DNA from: an uncultured Bdellovibrio sp.
Lineage (GTDB): Bacteria > Bdellovibrionota > Bdellovibrionia > Bdellovibrionales > Bdellovibrionaceae
Direction: 5' to 3'
Assembly (NCBI GenBank): GCA_963932905.1
Contig: CAWVRN010000005.1
Coordinates: forward strand, 32,001 to 96,000
Length of the DNA stretch: 64,000 nt
Below the pieces are notes generated by a model. It saw only the letters and a program-made list of their open reading frames with translations. It was not told where the DNA came from and did not search any database. How positions within the stretch are numbered: position 1 is the stretch's first letter; every line of letters starts with the position of its first letter. The translations under genes were made by a program, and so were the position numbers. This document shows positions 10,015-19,936 of this stretch, in pieces.

Positions 10015-11532
10015 TTAATTTTTAATTCCTTTAAAGTTCTCACAAAACCAAAAGTGAAACGTCCGCGAGTGTTCATCTAAACGATAGTATTTGTATTCCG
10101 TCTCCTGGCATTTATCAAAATTAGCATACTCCAATGGGTTGTCGGGATATTTTTCTGTAGTTAAGATCAGGCTATCCATTCCTATGAGGGATTCTAAGGT
10201 ATTTCGTTTTTTTTGCATGACCGTGTAGTGGCTGACGAATTTATTAAGCATCACGATATTCGGGTCTTTCGTTCCCCAAATTGTTTGTGCGGCTGTTTCA
10301 TAGCGAATGGCGGCTAAGAATGGTTTCTTGCCAGTTTCGGAATGAATTTGGCGCTGACGTTCTAGCATTTTACTGCCGGCATCTTCCCAACCAAAAAATT
10401 CGTTCGATAAATCATTTCGGGTATCCCATGGCTGCGAGCTGATCAAACGATGAAGCTTAGGCATGAACGGATAAATAAATGGTGTGTAGATCACAATGTT
10501 CAGTATAATGAAAACGGCTAGAATCGATGCTAACCATTTACGACTTTGCGGTAGAACCAATTGTCTTCCGAAAAGTTCAAGCCCATTATAGAAAATATAA
10601 CCAGCCACCATCGTCATAAATAGAGTCGCGGGACCTGACCAATGCGGTTTGTATTCAGCAAAGAATGGTTGCGTGTAAAATACTACAAAACTAGGAATGA
10701 ATAAACAGAACAAAAATCTAAAACGCAAATCTTGGAATTTTTTAATGCAATACCCGATGGCACCCAAAATGAGTAAATAGATTGGGGGCGTGTAAAATAA
10801 AAATTGAGTTACAAACCACTGTAGCCAACGTTCAATCGAAAATCCGCCACCGCCGGTATGGCGACTTTGAAATTGATATTTAAAACCTGGCCAATCATAC
10901 TCAATATTCCACAAAAAGATAGGCATACACACAAGTGTAGCGATGAATACACCAATCCACGGCCAAGGTGATAAAAGCATTTTGCGATAGCGCGGGGTCG
11001 ATAATAAAAATACACCAAATCCAAATGCTAACATCGCCATCACGAACTTAGAATTTAATCCAAGACCCATCGTGACACCTAGTATTAGCCAAACAGCTTT
11101 AATAGACCAGCGTCTGTTATCTTCGCGTACGCTTTGCCAAAATACCCAAGTTGAAAAAATCCAAAAGAAAAAGAAAACAGGTTCTGGCGCATTGACGTAA
11201 CCACCGAATCCCCAGAACGGCGTCCACAATAGTAGTTGGCTTACGAAAAAAGCAACTTTGCGATCGAAAATATCTTCTGCTAATTTCCAAGTAAACACTA
11301 TTGTTAGAGTATAGAATACAAATGAAGTTAATCGAATCCCAAGTATCGTGTCGCCAAATAAGCTGGTTGCCAAATAGTTCAACCACGCAATCATTCCTGG
11401 ATGATCATAGTACGACAACATTAAATCTTTAGACCATGACCAGTGGTAGGCTTCATCATCGATCAAATTAACATTCAAAGCAAAAAATAGACGGAATAGA
11501 AATGTAACAGCGAAAATCAAAACATAAGGCAT
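10015..11532 (-). CDS. ArnT/GT39-like (GT-C) membrane glycosyltransferase
   Basis: DDEAYHWSW...SYYDHPGMIAW motif, GLNSKF, many TM helices. Confidence 0.88.
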   Translation of the reverse strand: MPYVLIFAVTFLFRLFFALNVNLIDDEAYHWSWSKDLMLSYYDHPGMIAWLNYLATSLFGDTILGIRLTSFVFYTLTIVFTWKLAEDIFDRKVAFFVSQLLLWTPFWGFGGYVNAPEPVFFFFWIFSTWVFWQSVREDNRRWSIKAVWLILGVTMGLGLNSKFVMAMLAFGFGVFLLSTPRYRKMLLSPWPWIGVFIATLVCMPIFLWNIEYDWPGFKYQFQSRHTGGGGFSIERWLQWFVTQFLFYTPPIYLLILGAIGYCIKKFQDLRFRFLFCLFIPSFVVFYTQPFFAEYKPHWSGPATLFMTMVAGYIFYNGLELFGRQLVLPQSRKWLASILAVFIILNIVIYTPFIYPFMPKLHRLISSQPWDTRNDLSNEFFGWEDAGSKMLERQRQIHSETGKKPFLAAIRYETAAQTIWGTKDPNIVMLNKFVSHYTVMQKKRNTLESLIGMDSLILTTEKYPDNPLEYANFDKCQETEYKYYRLDEHSRTFHFWFCENFKGIKN

Positions 11533-11583
11533 AGATCCCAAACCTACCCCTTCTTTTCAGAGGGGGCAAGAATAGAAATCAGG

Positions 11584-14562
11584 TTAGAAATCGCCTTCAT
11601 ATCGGAAAGGGGAATTGTTCGAACCTGTGGGGGCCTGGGCGGGTACTGCCGGACTTGTGCTATTCGATACCGGCGCTACCAATGACTTCAATCCAAGACC
11701 ATCCGGAGTGATTGTGATGCCTCCAGAGGAAGCATTTGGATCCGGCTGAATAATAGCGGGTGGACCACCGGCCCCTGGGTTGATAACTATCGAATCAGTT
11801 GGGATACCAGAAGTGGCTTTAGGGTCAACGGATGGAATCGATGCATCTGGGGTAATTTTCTCTAACTCTTTGTAGGGATTTTCCGAGTAGTTATTGTGCA
11901 TCAATTCTGTCGATTTAAAGTTCATCGTCAGATAGACCACTAAATTACGGCGGTTGTAATCACGGAACGCGCAAATACGTTTCGAGTGATTTGAACGATA
12001 GTCTGGTAAATCTTCTCGAAACTTTTTGGCAAATGCGACGGATAAGTAATCGTCTGGTTTGATATTTAAGTCGGCTTCAACTTGGTCTGCGTTGAACGGA
12101 GATTTAATTACAGTGTCTTTGCACAAGTTATATAAAGCTCTCCATCGTGGATTCTTATAGTCGTTGAAAGACAGTGCCTGAATACACATACGATTGAACA
12201 CACGATTCGCTGAATGATTTTCATCATCCACGGAATACGCCACATCGTCTCGGATACCCAGCATTGGCAAGTAATGCACAGGGTATTTTTGTTCTTCGAA
12301 TCCGGTCACTGCTTTCAAAGAATTCCATACACCTGCAAAGAATCTGCGGATTGGATTTCTTTGATGCAATGGATTCACTTGCCAGCCATCATTGTAAGAA
12401 CGTTTTATAGAATCAAAAGAAATAGTGGCCGAATCCACGTAAGGTTTCGTGGACGCGAGTTTTAGTTGTTGAAGAATGCCAACCAATGAATCAGTGAATA
12501 ACATTTCTTGAGCGGCTAAGTTTTCCTTGAAAATACGTGTCGCCATATCTAAATCGGCTTCTACGTTCGCTGGATTGTTGCCGGACATTTGAACCAATTG
12601 ATCAAATACCATACGACCTGAAGCGTACGAAATTTCTTTGTACATCGCTTCGGTTTCTGAATTTCTGTCTTTTAAAACATCCTTCACGAACATTTGGAAA
12701 TCGTACGTGACGTAGGTAACCAATCGATTCGCTAAGAAGCCTGATTTGGCAAGCATTACCTCTAATTTATCATATACGTCTTCCATCAACGCGATGTTTT
12801 TTTCTAACAATGCCTGTTTGAATGCGCGTTCTTCGTCCGGAGATGGGTTTTTCAAGAAAAAGTCTTTGTTGTCCTTAACAAATTTTAGCATGTCATTATA
12901 TCGGTAAAATATTTTTCCGATACGAATACGTGTGTCTGCAATGGATGCGATCATCGTGTGATCGTTGGATTGCTTTTCGATCTTTTGTTGCAAGTTGGCT
13001 AAGTAATTATCGATGTTACTTAGTGCGCTTTTGATATTGTAGGGAATACCAATCAAAGATTCATCAATAACGCCAAGTGGATCGGCTACGAAGTTTTTGA
13101 AATAGTAACTTAACATATTGGCTTTACCAGCTTCGAAAACAATCGCTAGTTTTTTCCATACTATATTGGGAACATTGTCTGGCGTCGCAAAGATCGGAAG
13201 GCTGCGATAGTTCAGATTTAACCAAACCAACGGGCTCATATTCGCACCTTTATCTCTAACTTCCTGAGGGATTTCCATTCCAAGTAAGTTAAAATAAATT
13301 TCGTACTCAGAACCTGCATTCTGGAAGAAGTTTTCACCGGTCGGACCACCGGCTTTTAAAATCATATCGCCAATACGAGCTACTAAGTCTCTAGCGTAGT
13401 TTTGTTTTGACGAAAAATCTTTATACGTAGAAATATTTCGTTTTAATTGATTGAACTCGGATTCGATTTCTTTGATTTTCATATAGAACGTATTGGCATT
13501 ACTGAGTACGTTCATTTGGTATTGACCGTCTTCACGCAGTTTTGGACTACTGCCGATTTGAATACGGAAAATCCAATCCGTTACGATCGGTGACAATTGA
13601 GTCAAAACATAGAATCCATTCAAAGGATTATCAAAGTGATAACCAGATTTAATTGGATTATTTTGTGTTTCGCCCTGTTTCGAACGACGAGCCGCTAGCT
13701 CATTCGTCATCTGTTTAAATAGCATGCGGCTATCGCGCGCCGAGCAGTATGATTCCGACGTGGTTTCCATAATACACTGAATAGACGTCATGAATTCTTG
13801 CTGATTTAATTTTTGTAAAATTTTAGAGAATTGTTTGTCGCGCATGTAATTGGCTAACTTTGAAATAGCAATTGCAGTCTGCGAACCCAATTGATCTTGT
13901 CCTGATGAAACCAGCGCACCCAGCATACTGACTGACGATGCGACGACTTGGCCCATAACATTTGTTTGAGTTAAACACTCTGATAGGCGAGGAAACGAAT
14001 CGACTGTCTGGTTAAATAACTGAAAACCACGGCCGACGACTCGTGCCCGGCGATCGCCAAGGCTACTCATCAACTGCTGTTGTTCGTTTGTAGCTAACGC
14101 GTTTGGAATTGCATTGTTTTGATCATTACTGATAGCTTTGATCTGCGCTAATTTAAATAGGCGACCGATGATATGGTTATTGGTAATAGCACTTAATGCC
14201 GGGTTTTCAATGGCCGACGTGCGTAGTGCTTTAACTTCTTGCTCTAGATCACGTGCGTAATTCTGGGCGCCGCCCATAGATTTATCAGTCGTTTCTAGCG
14301 AGCCACGAATTTCGCCGAGTGAACGTTGTAGTGATTCACCTAAAGCTTTACAGCTGGGATCGTCACGTAATTGAGTGGTGATTTCACGCAGGCGCTGCGT
14401 TTGTGTCAGAGCTTCTTGAGTCCAAGAGCCTTGCGATGTACACGGGCCAGAGAAATAATAAGGACGGCTATTTGTCGACGCTGTTGGGTCGCCTAAAATG
14501 CTATCAGGCACTTGGGCCCAGACCATGGTACTAGTAAGAATAAGCAGCAACGTGAACTTCAT
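11584..14562 (-). CDS. Large secreted hypothetical protein (992 aa)
   Basis: Long ORF with host-like codons, Sec signal, scattered Cys and a Pro/Ser/Gly-rich C-terminal tail. No family recognised. Confidence 0.8.
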   Translation of the reverse strand: MKFTLLLILTSTMVWAQVPDSILGDPTASTNSRPYYFSGPCTSQGSWTQEALTQTQRLREITTQLRDDPSCKALGESLQRSLGEIRGSLETTDKSMGGAQNYARDLEQEVKALRTSAIENPALSAITNNHIIGRLFKLAQIKAISNDQNNAIPNALATNEQQQLMSSLGDRRARVVGRGFQLFNQTVDSFPRLSECLTQTNVMGQVVASSVSMLGALVSSGQDQLGSQTAIAISKLANYMRDKQFSKILQKLNQQEFMTSIQCIMETTSESYCSARDSRMLFKQMTNELAARRSKQGETQNNPIKSGYHFDNPLNGFYVLTQLSPIVTDWIFRIQIGSSPKLREDGQYQMNVLSNANTFYMKIKEIESEFNQLKRNISTYKDFSSKQNYARDLVARIGDMILKAGGPTGENFFQNAGSEYEIYFNLLGMEIPQEVRDKGANMSPLVWLNLNYRSLPIFATPDNVPNIVWKKLAIVFEAGKANMLSYYFKNFVADPLGVIDESLIGIPYNIKSALSNIDNYLANLQQKIEKQSNDHTMIASIADTRIRIGKIFYRYNDMLKFVKDNKDFFLKNPSPDEERAFKQALLEKNIALMEDVYDKLEVMLAKSGFLANRLVTYVTYDFQMFVKDVLKDRNSETEAMYKEISYASGRMVFDQLVQMSGNNPANVEADLDMATRIFKENLAAQEMLFTDSLVGILQQLKLASTKPYVDSATISFDSIKRSYNDGWQVNPLHQRNPIRRFFAGVWNSLKAVTGFEEQKYPVHYLPMLGIRDDVAYSVDDENHSANRVFNRMCIQALSFNDYKNPRWRALYNLCKDTVIKSPFNADQVEADLNIKPDDYLSVAFAKKFREDLPDYRSNHSKRICAFRDYNRRNLVVYLTMNFKSTELMHNNYSENPYKELEKITPDASIPSVDPKATSGIPTDSIVINPGAGGPPAIIQPDPNASSGGITITPDGLGLKSLVAPVSNSTSPAVPAQAPTGSNNSPFRYEGDF

Positions 14563-14717
14563 AGTAACGGGGGTATCTTCAATCCTTGGACCAACTCATT
14601 TGTAATAAGTAGCCATTTCGTTACTAAGAACTGTTTAAAAATGATACACTTTTAGGTAGGTGGAAACTTTTGATTCACCTTAATGGTCGAGGAGTCGGAT
14701 TGGGTAAACAGCTAAAA

Positions 14718-14951
14718 ATGCGATATTTTAAGTGGTTATTTTTAGCTTCGGTGATTGTGATTTCTGCGTGTGCGGAGAAAGAGAAAGTTTCGAAGGCTCA
14801 TCAGGCTACTTTCATCAATGACAACTTTGGCTTGGACAATGGAATGCCTATTCGCGAGGTTCAGAAGAAAGAGTTTTATTTTAAAAAATGTGAGATGGAA
14901 TCGCGAAGGCCTTTTCCTAATCGAGTCGAGTTCTCTTGCAACGAGAATTAA
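14718..14951 (+). CDS. Small lipoprotein
   Basis: MRYFKWLFLASVIVISA-C lipobox and two further Cys. Alternative TTG start at 14700 behind GAGGAG. Confidence 0.65.
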   Translation: MRYFKWLFLASVIVISACAEKEKVSKAHQATFINDNFGLDNGMPIREVQKKEFYFKKCEMESRRPFPNRVEFSCNEN

Positions 14952-14962
14952 AAAATCCCTCG

Positions 14963-15200
14963 TTTTTCTTTTGATCCACAAACTTCTTTTCTCCGGGCCT
15001 AGGCTAGGGTTAGGCGGGGATCTTCCTTTTACGAGATTCTCTCTTAAAGACATCAAAAAAGCCTCGGCAGTCCTCGCCGTGCGCTTTGCGCCGGCTGTGG
15101 AACTCGTTTTTTTGATGTCTTTAAGAGAGAATCTCGTAAAAGGAAGACCGAGCTTGAATCGGTGGTCCGCAGAAAAGAAGTTTGTGGCTCAAAAGAAAAA
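14963..15200. repeat. Nested inverted-repeat (REPIN/MITE-like) element
   Basis: Perfect 40-bp IR, 15021-15060 vs 15108-15147. Outer IR 14963-14999 vs 15164-15200 (34/37). GC-rich loop hairpins. Confidence 0.85.
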
Positions 15201-15252
15201 TGCACCCAAGCCGCAGCCATTTTTGTTGGGAAAATGACAGATTCATTTTGGT

Positions 15253-15283
15253 AAAAAAAAAGCCGCTTGTTCAGCGGCTTTTT
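15253..15283. terminator. Bidirectional intrinsic terminator after exbD
   Basis: A-run, AGCCGC-ttgttca-GCGGCT, T-run. Confidence 0.8.
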
Positions 15284-15301
15284 AAATTCGTAATTTATAA
15301 A

Positions 15302-15709
15302 TTATCGTTTTTGAATGCTGAAAGCGACTTTCTTTAAACCGTTAGATTTAACTGCGTCGATGATTTCAGTTACCATTTCAAGAGTCACAGCTTTGTCGGC
15401 AACTAGAATCGCGTTTGTGTCGGGATTCTGAGCTGAACGTTTTGCTGCTTCTGCACGTAATTGATCTACGTTAACTGCTGTTCCGTCGACAAATAATTCG
15501 CCTTCTTTACCCACAGTGATTTTCATCGGCTTTTTGCTCTTGTCGATATCTGTCGAAGATGACTTCGGTAGCGAGATATCAATCTTTGGTTGCATAACTA
15601 AAGGAGCTGCAACCATGAAGATAATAAGAACAACTAGGATAATATCAACTAGGGGAACAACGTTAATCTCGGTTAAGATTTCTCCGTTTTGATTTCCACC
15701 ACCCGCCAT
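15302..15709 (-). CDS. exbD: ExbD/TolR biopolymer transport protein
   Basis: EINVVPLVDIILVVLIIFMVAAP motif. Confidence 0.92.
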   Translation of the reverse strand: MAGGGNQNGEILTEINVVPLVDIILVVLIIFMVAAPLVMQPKIDISLPKSSSTDIDKSKKPMKITVGKEGELFVDGTAVNVDQLRAEAAKRSAQNPDTNAILVADKAVTLEMVTEIIDAVKSNGLKKVAFSIQKR

Positions 15710-15712
15710 GGC

Positions 15713-16342
15713 CTATACTCCTTTTTTAGTTTTTGAGTACAACATGCAAAGATCTTTCGATGCATCGATGTTGTTTAGGATTAAAGAAACTTTCTTTTGG
15801 AAAAAGTTGAACGCGATAACGGCTGGGATCGCTAGCGCCAAACCAACCGCAGTTGATACTAGGGCGTGGGCGATACCTGACATGACCACTTCATTACCTT
15901 GACCAGGAGCATTTCCAAGGTCGTTAAATGCTTTCATGATACCCATAACCGTTCCCAAAAGACCGATATAAGGAGCATTGGAAGCGATGGTGCCTAGGAT
16001 ATATAGATTACCTTCTAATTTAGGTTTTTCCATGCTTTTGAACGAGCTGAAAAGCTCATCTAAACCCGCGGGTGAATCATTTTTATGAATATGATTTAAA
16101 CCGTAAACAAGAGCACGGCCTTCAACGGCGTCTTGATATTGAGTCAATGTAGCTACTTTCTCTGGAGATTGCGTTTCAATAACGTCTCTGAATTTTTTCT
16201 CAAGAATTTTGCTGTTAGCACCTAGTTTTCTTAGAGTCAGAAAACGTTCAGCTATGATAGCAAAGCTAACGATACTCAAAAAGCCCATGAAGTAGAGGAT
16301 GAAATTGGCACTTGCTTCCGCGATTTTAAACATTGAATCCAT
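15713..16342 (-). CDS. exbB: ExbB/TolQ proton channel
   Basis: LGTIASNAPYIGLLGTVMGIMKAF and GIAHALVSTAVGLALAIPA. Confidence 0.92.
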   Translation of the reverse strand: MDSMFKIAEASANFILYFMGFLSIVSFAIIAERFLTLRKLGANSKILEKKFRDVIETQSPEKVATLTQYQDAVEGRALVYGLNHIHKNDSPAGLDELFSSFKSMEKPKLEGNLYILGTIASNAPYIGLLGTVMGIMKAFNDLGNAPGQGNEVVMSGIAHALVSTAVGLALAIPAVIAFNFFQKKVSLILNNIDASKDLCMLYSKTKKGV

Positions 16343-16403
16343 TTGGTGTTGCTCCTTTTATATTTTTAAATTTTTGATTCTTTATTTTAAATTTAGTTAT
16401 TAA

Positions 16404-17078
16404 TTACATGTTGGCGTCGACTAATTTGAAATCAACTTGCACAAGGTGATTTCTCTTAACAATCGGTTGGCCGGATTCATCTAAGAACGGTTTGTACTTA
16501 AACTTAGAAACGGCACGACGGGCTTCTGTTTCGAAAACATTTAGTTTTTCGCCGCCGACTACTTTTAAGTTCTCAACAGAGCCATCTTGAAGAATATCAA
16601 CCTCTAAACGTACATTACCTTCGATACCTTGAGCTAAGGCTTCTTTAGGATATTTAGGTTTTACTTTATAGTAGGGAACGTCTGTGAAGTTATTATTGCT
16701 AACTACAGTTGTTTTTGGGGCTTCTTTAGGAGCTTCCTTTTGTAGGCCAGCGACGTCGGAAGATGAATCTTGCATTTCTTGAGCGGCAGCAACAGGAGTT
16801 GGCTCACTTTGAACTGGTTCAACATCAGGTTTCACTTCCACCTGATTTCTATCTTGAACTATTGTAGGTGGCTCTTCAAACTCCTGAAGTGCGAAGTCTA
16901 CATACGTTTCTTCAGGCGGCGCTGGTTCACTCACTTTGAAGTTGCCATATTTTAAGGCAACTACGGCAAGGATATGTAAGCCGATAGATAAACCCACCGA
17001 AATCGATGTGTTTTTATTAGTGTCATAGTCGCTCGATGACACTTTAGATTTGCTTTCTGTTTTTGCAACGTTTCCCAC
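16404..17078 (-). CDS. tonB: TonB energy transducer
   Basis: TM with S-x3-H (SIGLH), Pro/Glu-rich linker, and PKYPKEALAQGIEGNV C-terminal domain. Confidence 0.9.
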   Translation of the reverse strand: MGNVAKTESKSKVSSSDYDTNKNTSISVGLSIGLHILAVVALKYGNFKVSEPAPPEETYVDFALQEFEEPPTIVQDRNQVEVKPDVEPVQSEPTPVAAAQEMQDSSSDVAGLQKEAPKEAPKTTVVSNNNFTDVPYYKVKPKYPKEALAQGIEGNVRLEVDILQDGSVENLKVVGGEKLNVFETEARRAVSKFKYKPFLDESGQPIVKRNHLVQVDFKLVDANM

Positions 17079-17191
17079 TGTCAGACTCCCTCCATAACAT
17101 TCTCAAAGCACAGTCAGTTTAACCCCACATCCTGACTATACAAATTCCGAACCACCTTGTTCGGTGCCACATTGACTCAAGTCTTTGGCAT

Positions 17192-17211
17192 TGATTTTGT
17201 TATCATAATCA
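17192..17211. promoter_or_regulatory. Imperfect AT-rich dyad, possible Fur-type operator
   Basis: TGATTTTGTTATCATAATCA between tonB and the receptor; partial resemblance to GATAATGATAATCATTATC. Confidence 0.3.
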
Positions 17212-17251
17212 AATAGATATCATTCGGGAAAGAAAAAAAGAGAGGGGAACA

Positions 17252-19858
17252 ATGAAATTTTTACGTCCTGGAGCGGTGGCTCCAAACACTACATATAGTG
17301 AAAAAAGTATCTTACTCAGAGCGTCGATAGCCGCTGTTTTAAGCGTGAGCTTGAGCGTTCCTGTTAGCGCACAAACCACAACTACGACAACTGCTCCATC
17401 AGCTCCAGCGGCGCCGGCGTCACGGGAAGTAGAAAAAGTTGAAGTTATCGGGACACGCATCCGTCGTCTAAATGTTGAAGGCCCTTCTGCCGTGAAAACA
17501 GTGAAGAAGGAACAGATGGAAGCTGCTGGTAACACCACGGTTTCTGATGCTCTTCGTGATACAAGTTCTGCGGCATTCGGTGTTTCTCGTGAAACTTCTG
17601 GGGGTAGCGCTGCGGCAACCAGCAATATTGGTTTACGTGGGCTCGGCTCCGCTAGAACTCTAATTTTATTAAACGGGCAACGACTTCCAAAAGATCCGTC
17701 GACTCAAGCTGTTGACTTAAATTTAATTCCACAAGCCGCAATCGAGAGAATTGAAATCTTAAAAGATGGTGCGTCGGCGCTTTACGGGTCTGATGCGTTG
17801 GGTGGGGTGATAAATATAGTAACTAAGAAGAATTTTACAGGGAACGAATTTTCAATACAAGAAACTATGCCTGAAAGAAAAGGTGCTAGTAACCTGAATA
17901 TGTCGCTAGTTACCGGGTCATCCTCTGATCGTTCTGACATGATGATTTCATTCAATCTAAACAGAAAAGAAAAACTGTTCGGAAAGGACCGCGAGTTGAC
18001 AGCGTCAGTTCTGTCACCGATTGGAACAGTTCCTGTCTACGCAGATGCTTCTGGTAATTATCAAGTTAGCCCAACAGATACTTGCCCACCTGAATTTTTA
18101 AAGGATAATCCATACGGCGATGGAAAGGCATGTTATTTTCGCCCTTTTGACATCGCAACTATTAGGCCATTAGTTAGCCAAATTAGTTTGCTTTCTGAGT
18201 ATACATATAGAACTGAATCTTCGATAAAGTTTTATAATAGAAATATCTTTGTTAATAAAGATATCGAGTGGAGTTATGCTCCAACCCCTTTAGACATTGA
18301 TTTAAGTTCAGGAACATCATCTGTGCCTAGTGCTAGGAATATTTTGTACCGTGATTTAAGTGCAGGAAATCGTGACAATCAAGACAGTGAAAGAAATTAT
18401 TCCTCACTTTTTGGGATCAAAGGAAATATCACTGACATTTGGGAGTTCAACTTGTCAGCCGGTGTGAGTCAGGTAAACAGAACAAATATTGGAGTAAATG
18501 GTTATATCGACAAAGCGGCTTTGGTAAGGATTATTACAAGTGGGGCATACGATCCTTTGAAAGCCCCTGGTTCTAGAGGCGATATTAGTCCTGCAAAAGT
18601 GGAAACCTTACAGAAGTCGGTCTCTGATCTATACACTACTGATCTTGTGTTCTCAGGAGAAGTGGGGGACCTAGAGAATGGACCAATTTCCGCGGCCGCA
18701 GGTTTTAGCGCTTGGAGCGAAAAATTAAATCAGAAAACTGATACTAAATCTGCAACTAAGCAAATAATCGGGAGTTCGGGTTCAAATGACAACGGCTCTC
18801 GCGAAGTTATTTCAGCGTATTCTGAGTTCAGTATTCCTGCTACGGCAGCATTAGAACTGAACATAGCTGCAAGAGTTGACAAATATTCAGATTTTGGAAC
18901 TACCGCAAATCCGAAGATTTCCGCAAAATATAAAATTGGAGATACTTCTCTTTTGAGGGCGTCAATTGGAACTGGCTTTAAAGCTCCTACTTTAACTCAA
19001 CTTTATAAGTCTACATCTGATGGATACGAGACTTTTATTGACAGATACGCATGTTCTCGAGCGGGCGGTACGGGCTCGGCGTGTAATGCAAATCAATATA
19101 AAGTTGTTAGTGGTGGTAACAAGGAATTAAAAGAGGAGAAAGCAATTACCGGAGGCTTTGGGGTAGTCTATGAACCGAGTGGTAATTTTTCTGTTAGTTC
19201 TGATATTTGGTATACAAAAATTTCGAATGCAGTCGGAATTGATTATGAAGCAATGACCGAGGCGGAATTGAAAGGTATTGACCCAACAAATTACGGGGTT
19301 TCTACAAATAGAAATGCAACAACGGGTCGACTTCAATCAACAAATCCAATTAATGCGCCTTTTCTAAACCTTCAAGAAGAGGAAATTACAGGAGTTGATA
19401 TAAGCGTGAATTCAAAAATTTCAGATTCTTTCTTGGGACATTCTTGGTCATTAGATGATGAATTGGGAATCATCGGCTATTATCAGCGTGAAGGTTTTCC
19501 GGGTGCTGGAAAGAGAAACGTTATTGGGGAATGGGGATATCCGAACTGGCGAAATACCGTTTCTACAACAGCTAAAAAAGATAAGATTTCTTATACTCTT
19601 GCATTAAGAACTATTCCTGGCCAGAAGATAATTGATAGAGCGGCTAGCGAGAAAATTACAGATATGAACGAGTTTGATTTAACTATCGTATATAAATATT
19701 CTGTTTCAGCTGCGTTTAATTTTGGAGTTAGAAACCTATTAGACTCTAAACCTCCATATGATAAGGCTGGAGGTTCGGGGGGGGCGCCTGAGGTTAATTC
19801 TGATTTGTACGATGTAAACCAAAGAACAGCATTTGTCGGATATTCTCAGAAATTTTAA
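17252..19858 (+). CDS. TonB-dependent outer-membrane receptor
   Basis: TonB box [11 protein letters not shown]. Plug [15 protein letters not shown] and [27 protein letters not shown]-terminal GVRNLLD...FVGYSQKF. Confidence 0.96.
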   Translation: MKFLRPGAVAPNTTYSEKSILLRASIAAVLSVSLSVPVSAQTTTTTTAPSAPAAPASREVEKVEVIGTRIRRLNVEGPSAVKTVKKEQMEAAGNTTVSDALRDTSSAAFGVSRETSGGSAAATSNIGLRGLGSARTLILLNGQRLPKDPSTQAVDLNLIPQAAIERIEILKDGASALYGSDALGGVINIVTKKNFTGNEFSIQETMPERKGASNLNMSLVTGSSSDRSDMMISFNLNRKEKLFGKDRELTASVLSPIGTVPVYADASGNYQVSPTDTCPPEFLKDNPYGDGKACYFRPFDIATIRPLVSQISLLSEYTYRTESSIKFYNRNIFVNKDIEWSYAPTPLDIDLSSGTSSVPSARNILYRDLSAGNRDNQDSERNYSSLFGIKGNITDIWEFNLSAGVSQVNRTNIGVNGYIDKAALVRIITSGAYDPLKAPGSRGDISPAKVETLQKSVSDLYTTDLVFSGEVGDLENGPISAAAGFSAWSEKLNQKTDTKSATKQIIGSSGSNDNGSREVISAYSEFSIPATAALELNIAARVDKYSDFGTTANPKISAKYKIGDTSLLRASIGTGFKAPTLTQLYKSTSDGYETFIDRYACSRAGGTGSACNANQYKVVSGGNKELKEEKAITGGFGVVYEPSGNFSVSSDIWYTKISNAVGIDYEAMTEAELKGIDPTNYGVSTNRNATTGRLQSTNPINAPFLNLQEEEITGVDISVNSKISDSFLGHSWSLDDELGIIGYYQREGFPGAGKRNVIGEWGYPNWRNTVSTTAKKDKISYTLALRTIPGQKIIDRAASEKITDMNEFDLTIVYKYSVSAAFNFGVRNLLDSKPPYDKAGGSGGAPEVNSDLYDVNQRTAFVGYSQKF

Positions 19859-19885
19859 TGAGATAATCGAAGCAAGAAAACCAGT

Positions 19886-19919
19886 AAAAGCCAAGGCTAA
19901 TAACCTTGGCTTTTTTTTT
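19886..19919. terminator. Intrinsic terminator between convergent genes
   Basis: AAAAGCCAAGG-ctaataa-CCTTGGC followed by T9. Confidence 0.85.
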
Positions 19920-19936
19920 AATTTTCTACTCGAAAT

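Noticed and set aside
14963..15200. Retron msr/msd or CRISPR interpretation of the long hairpin
   Set aside because: There is no reverse transcriptase or cas gene in the window, and no direct repeat-spacer periodicity.
14742..15237. Opposite-strand ORFs (104 aa and 155 aa) sharing the peptide MSLRENLVKGR
   Set aside because: The shared peptide is a by-product of the 40-bp inverted repeat. Both overlap the lipoprotein gene and lack coding features.
17079..17251. Cobalamin riboswitch or BtuB assignment for the receptor, suggested by nrdJ nearby
   Set aside because: I could not find B12-box or other riboswitch motifs, and the divergent gap is short. The substrate is left unassigned.
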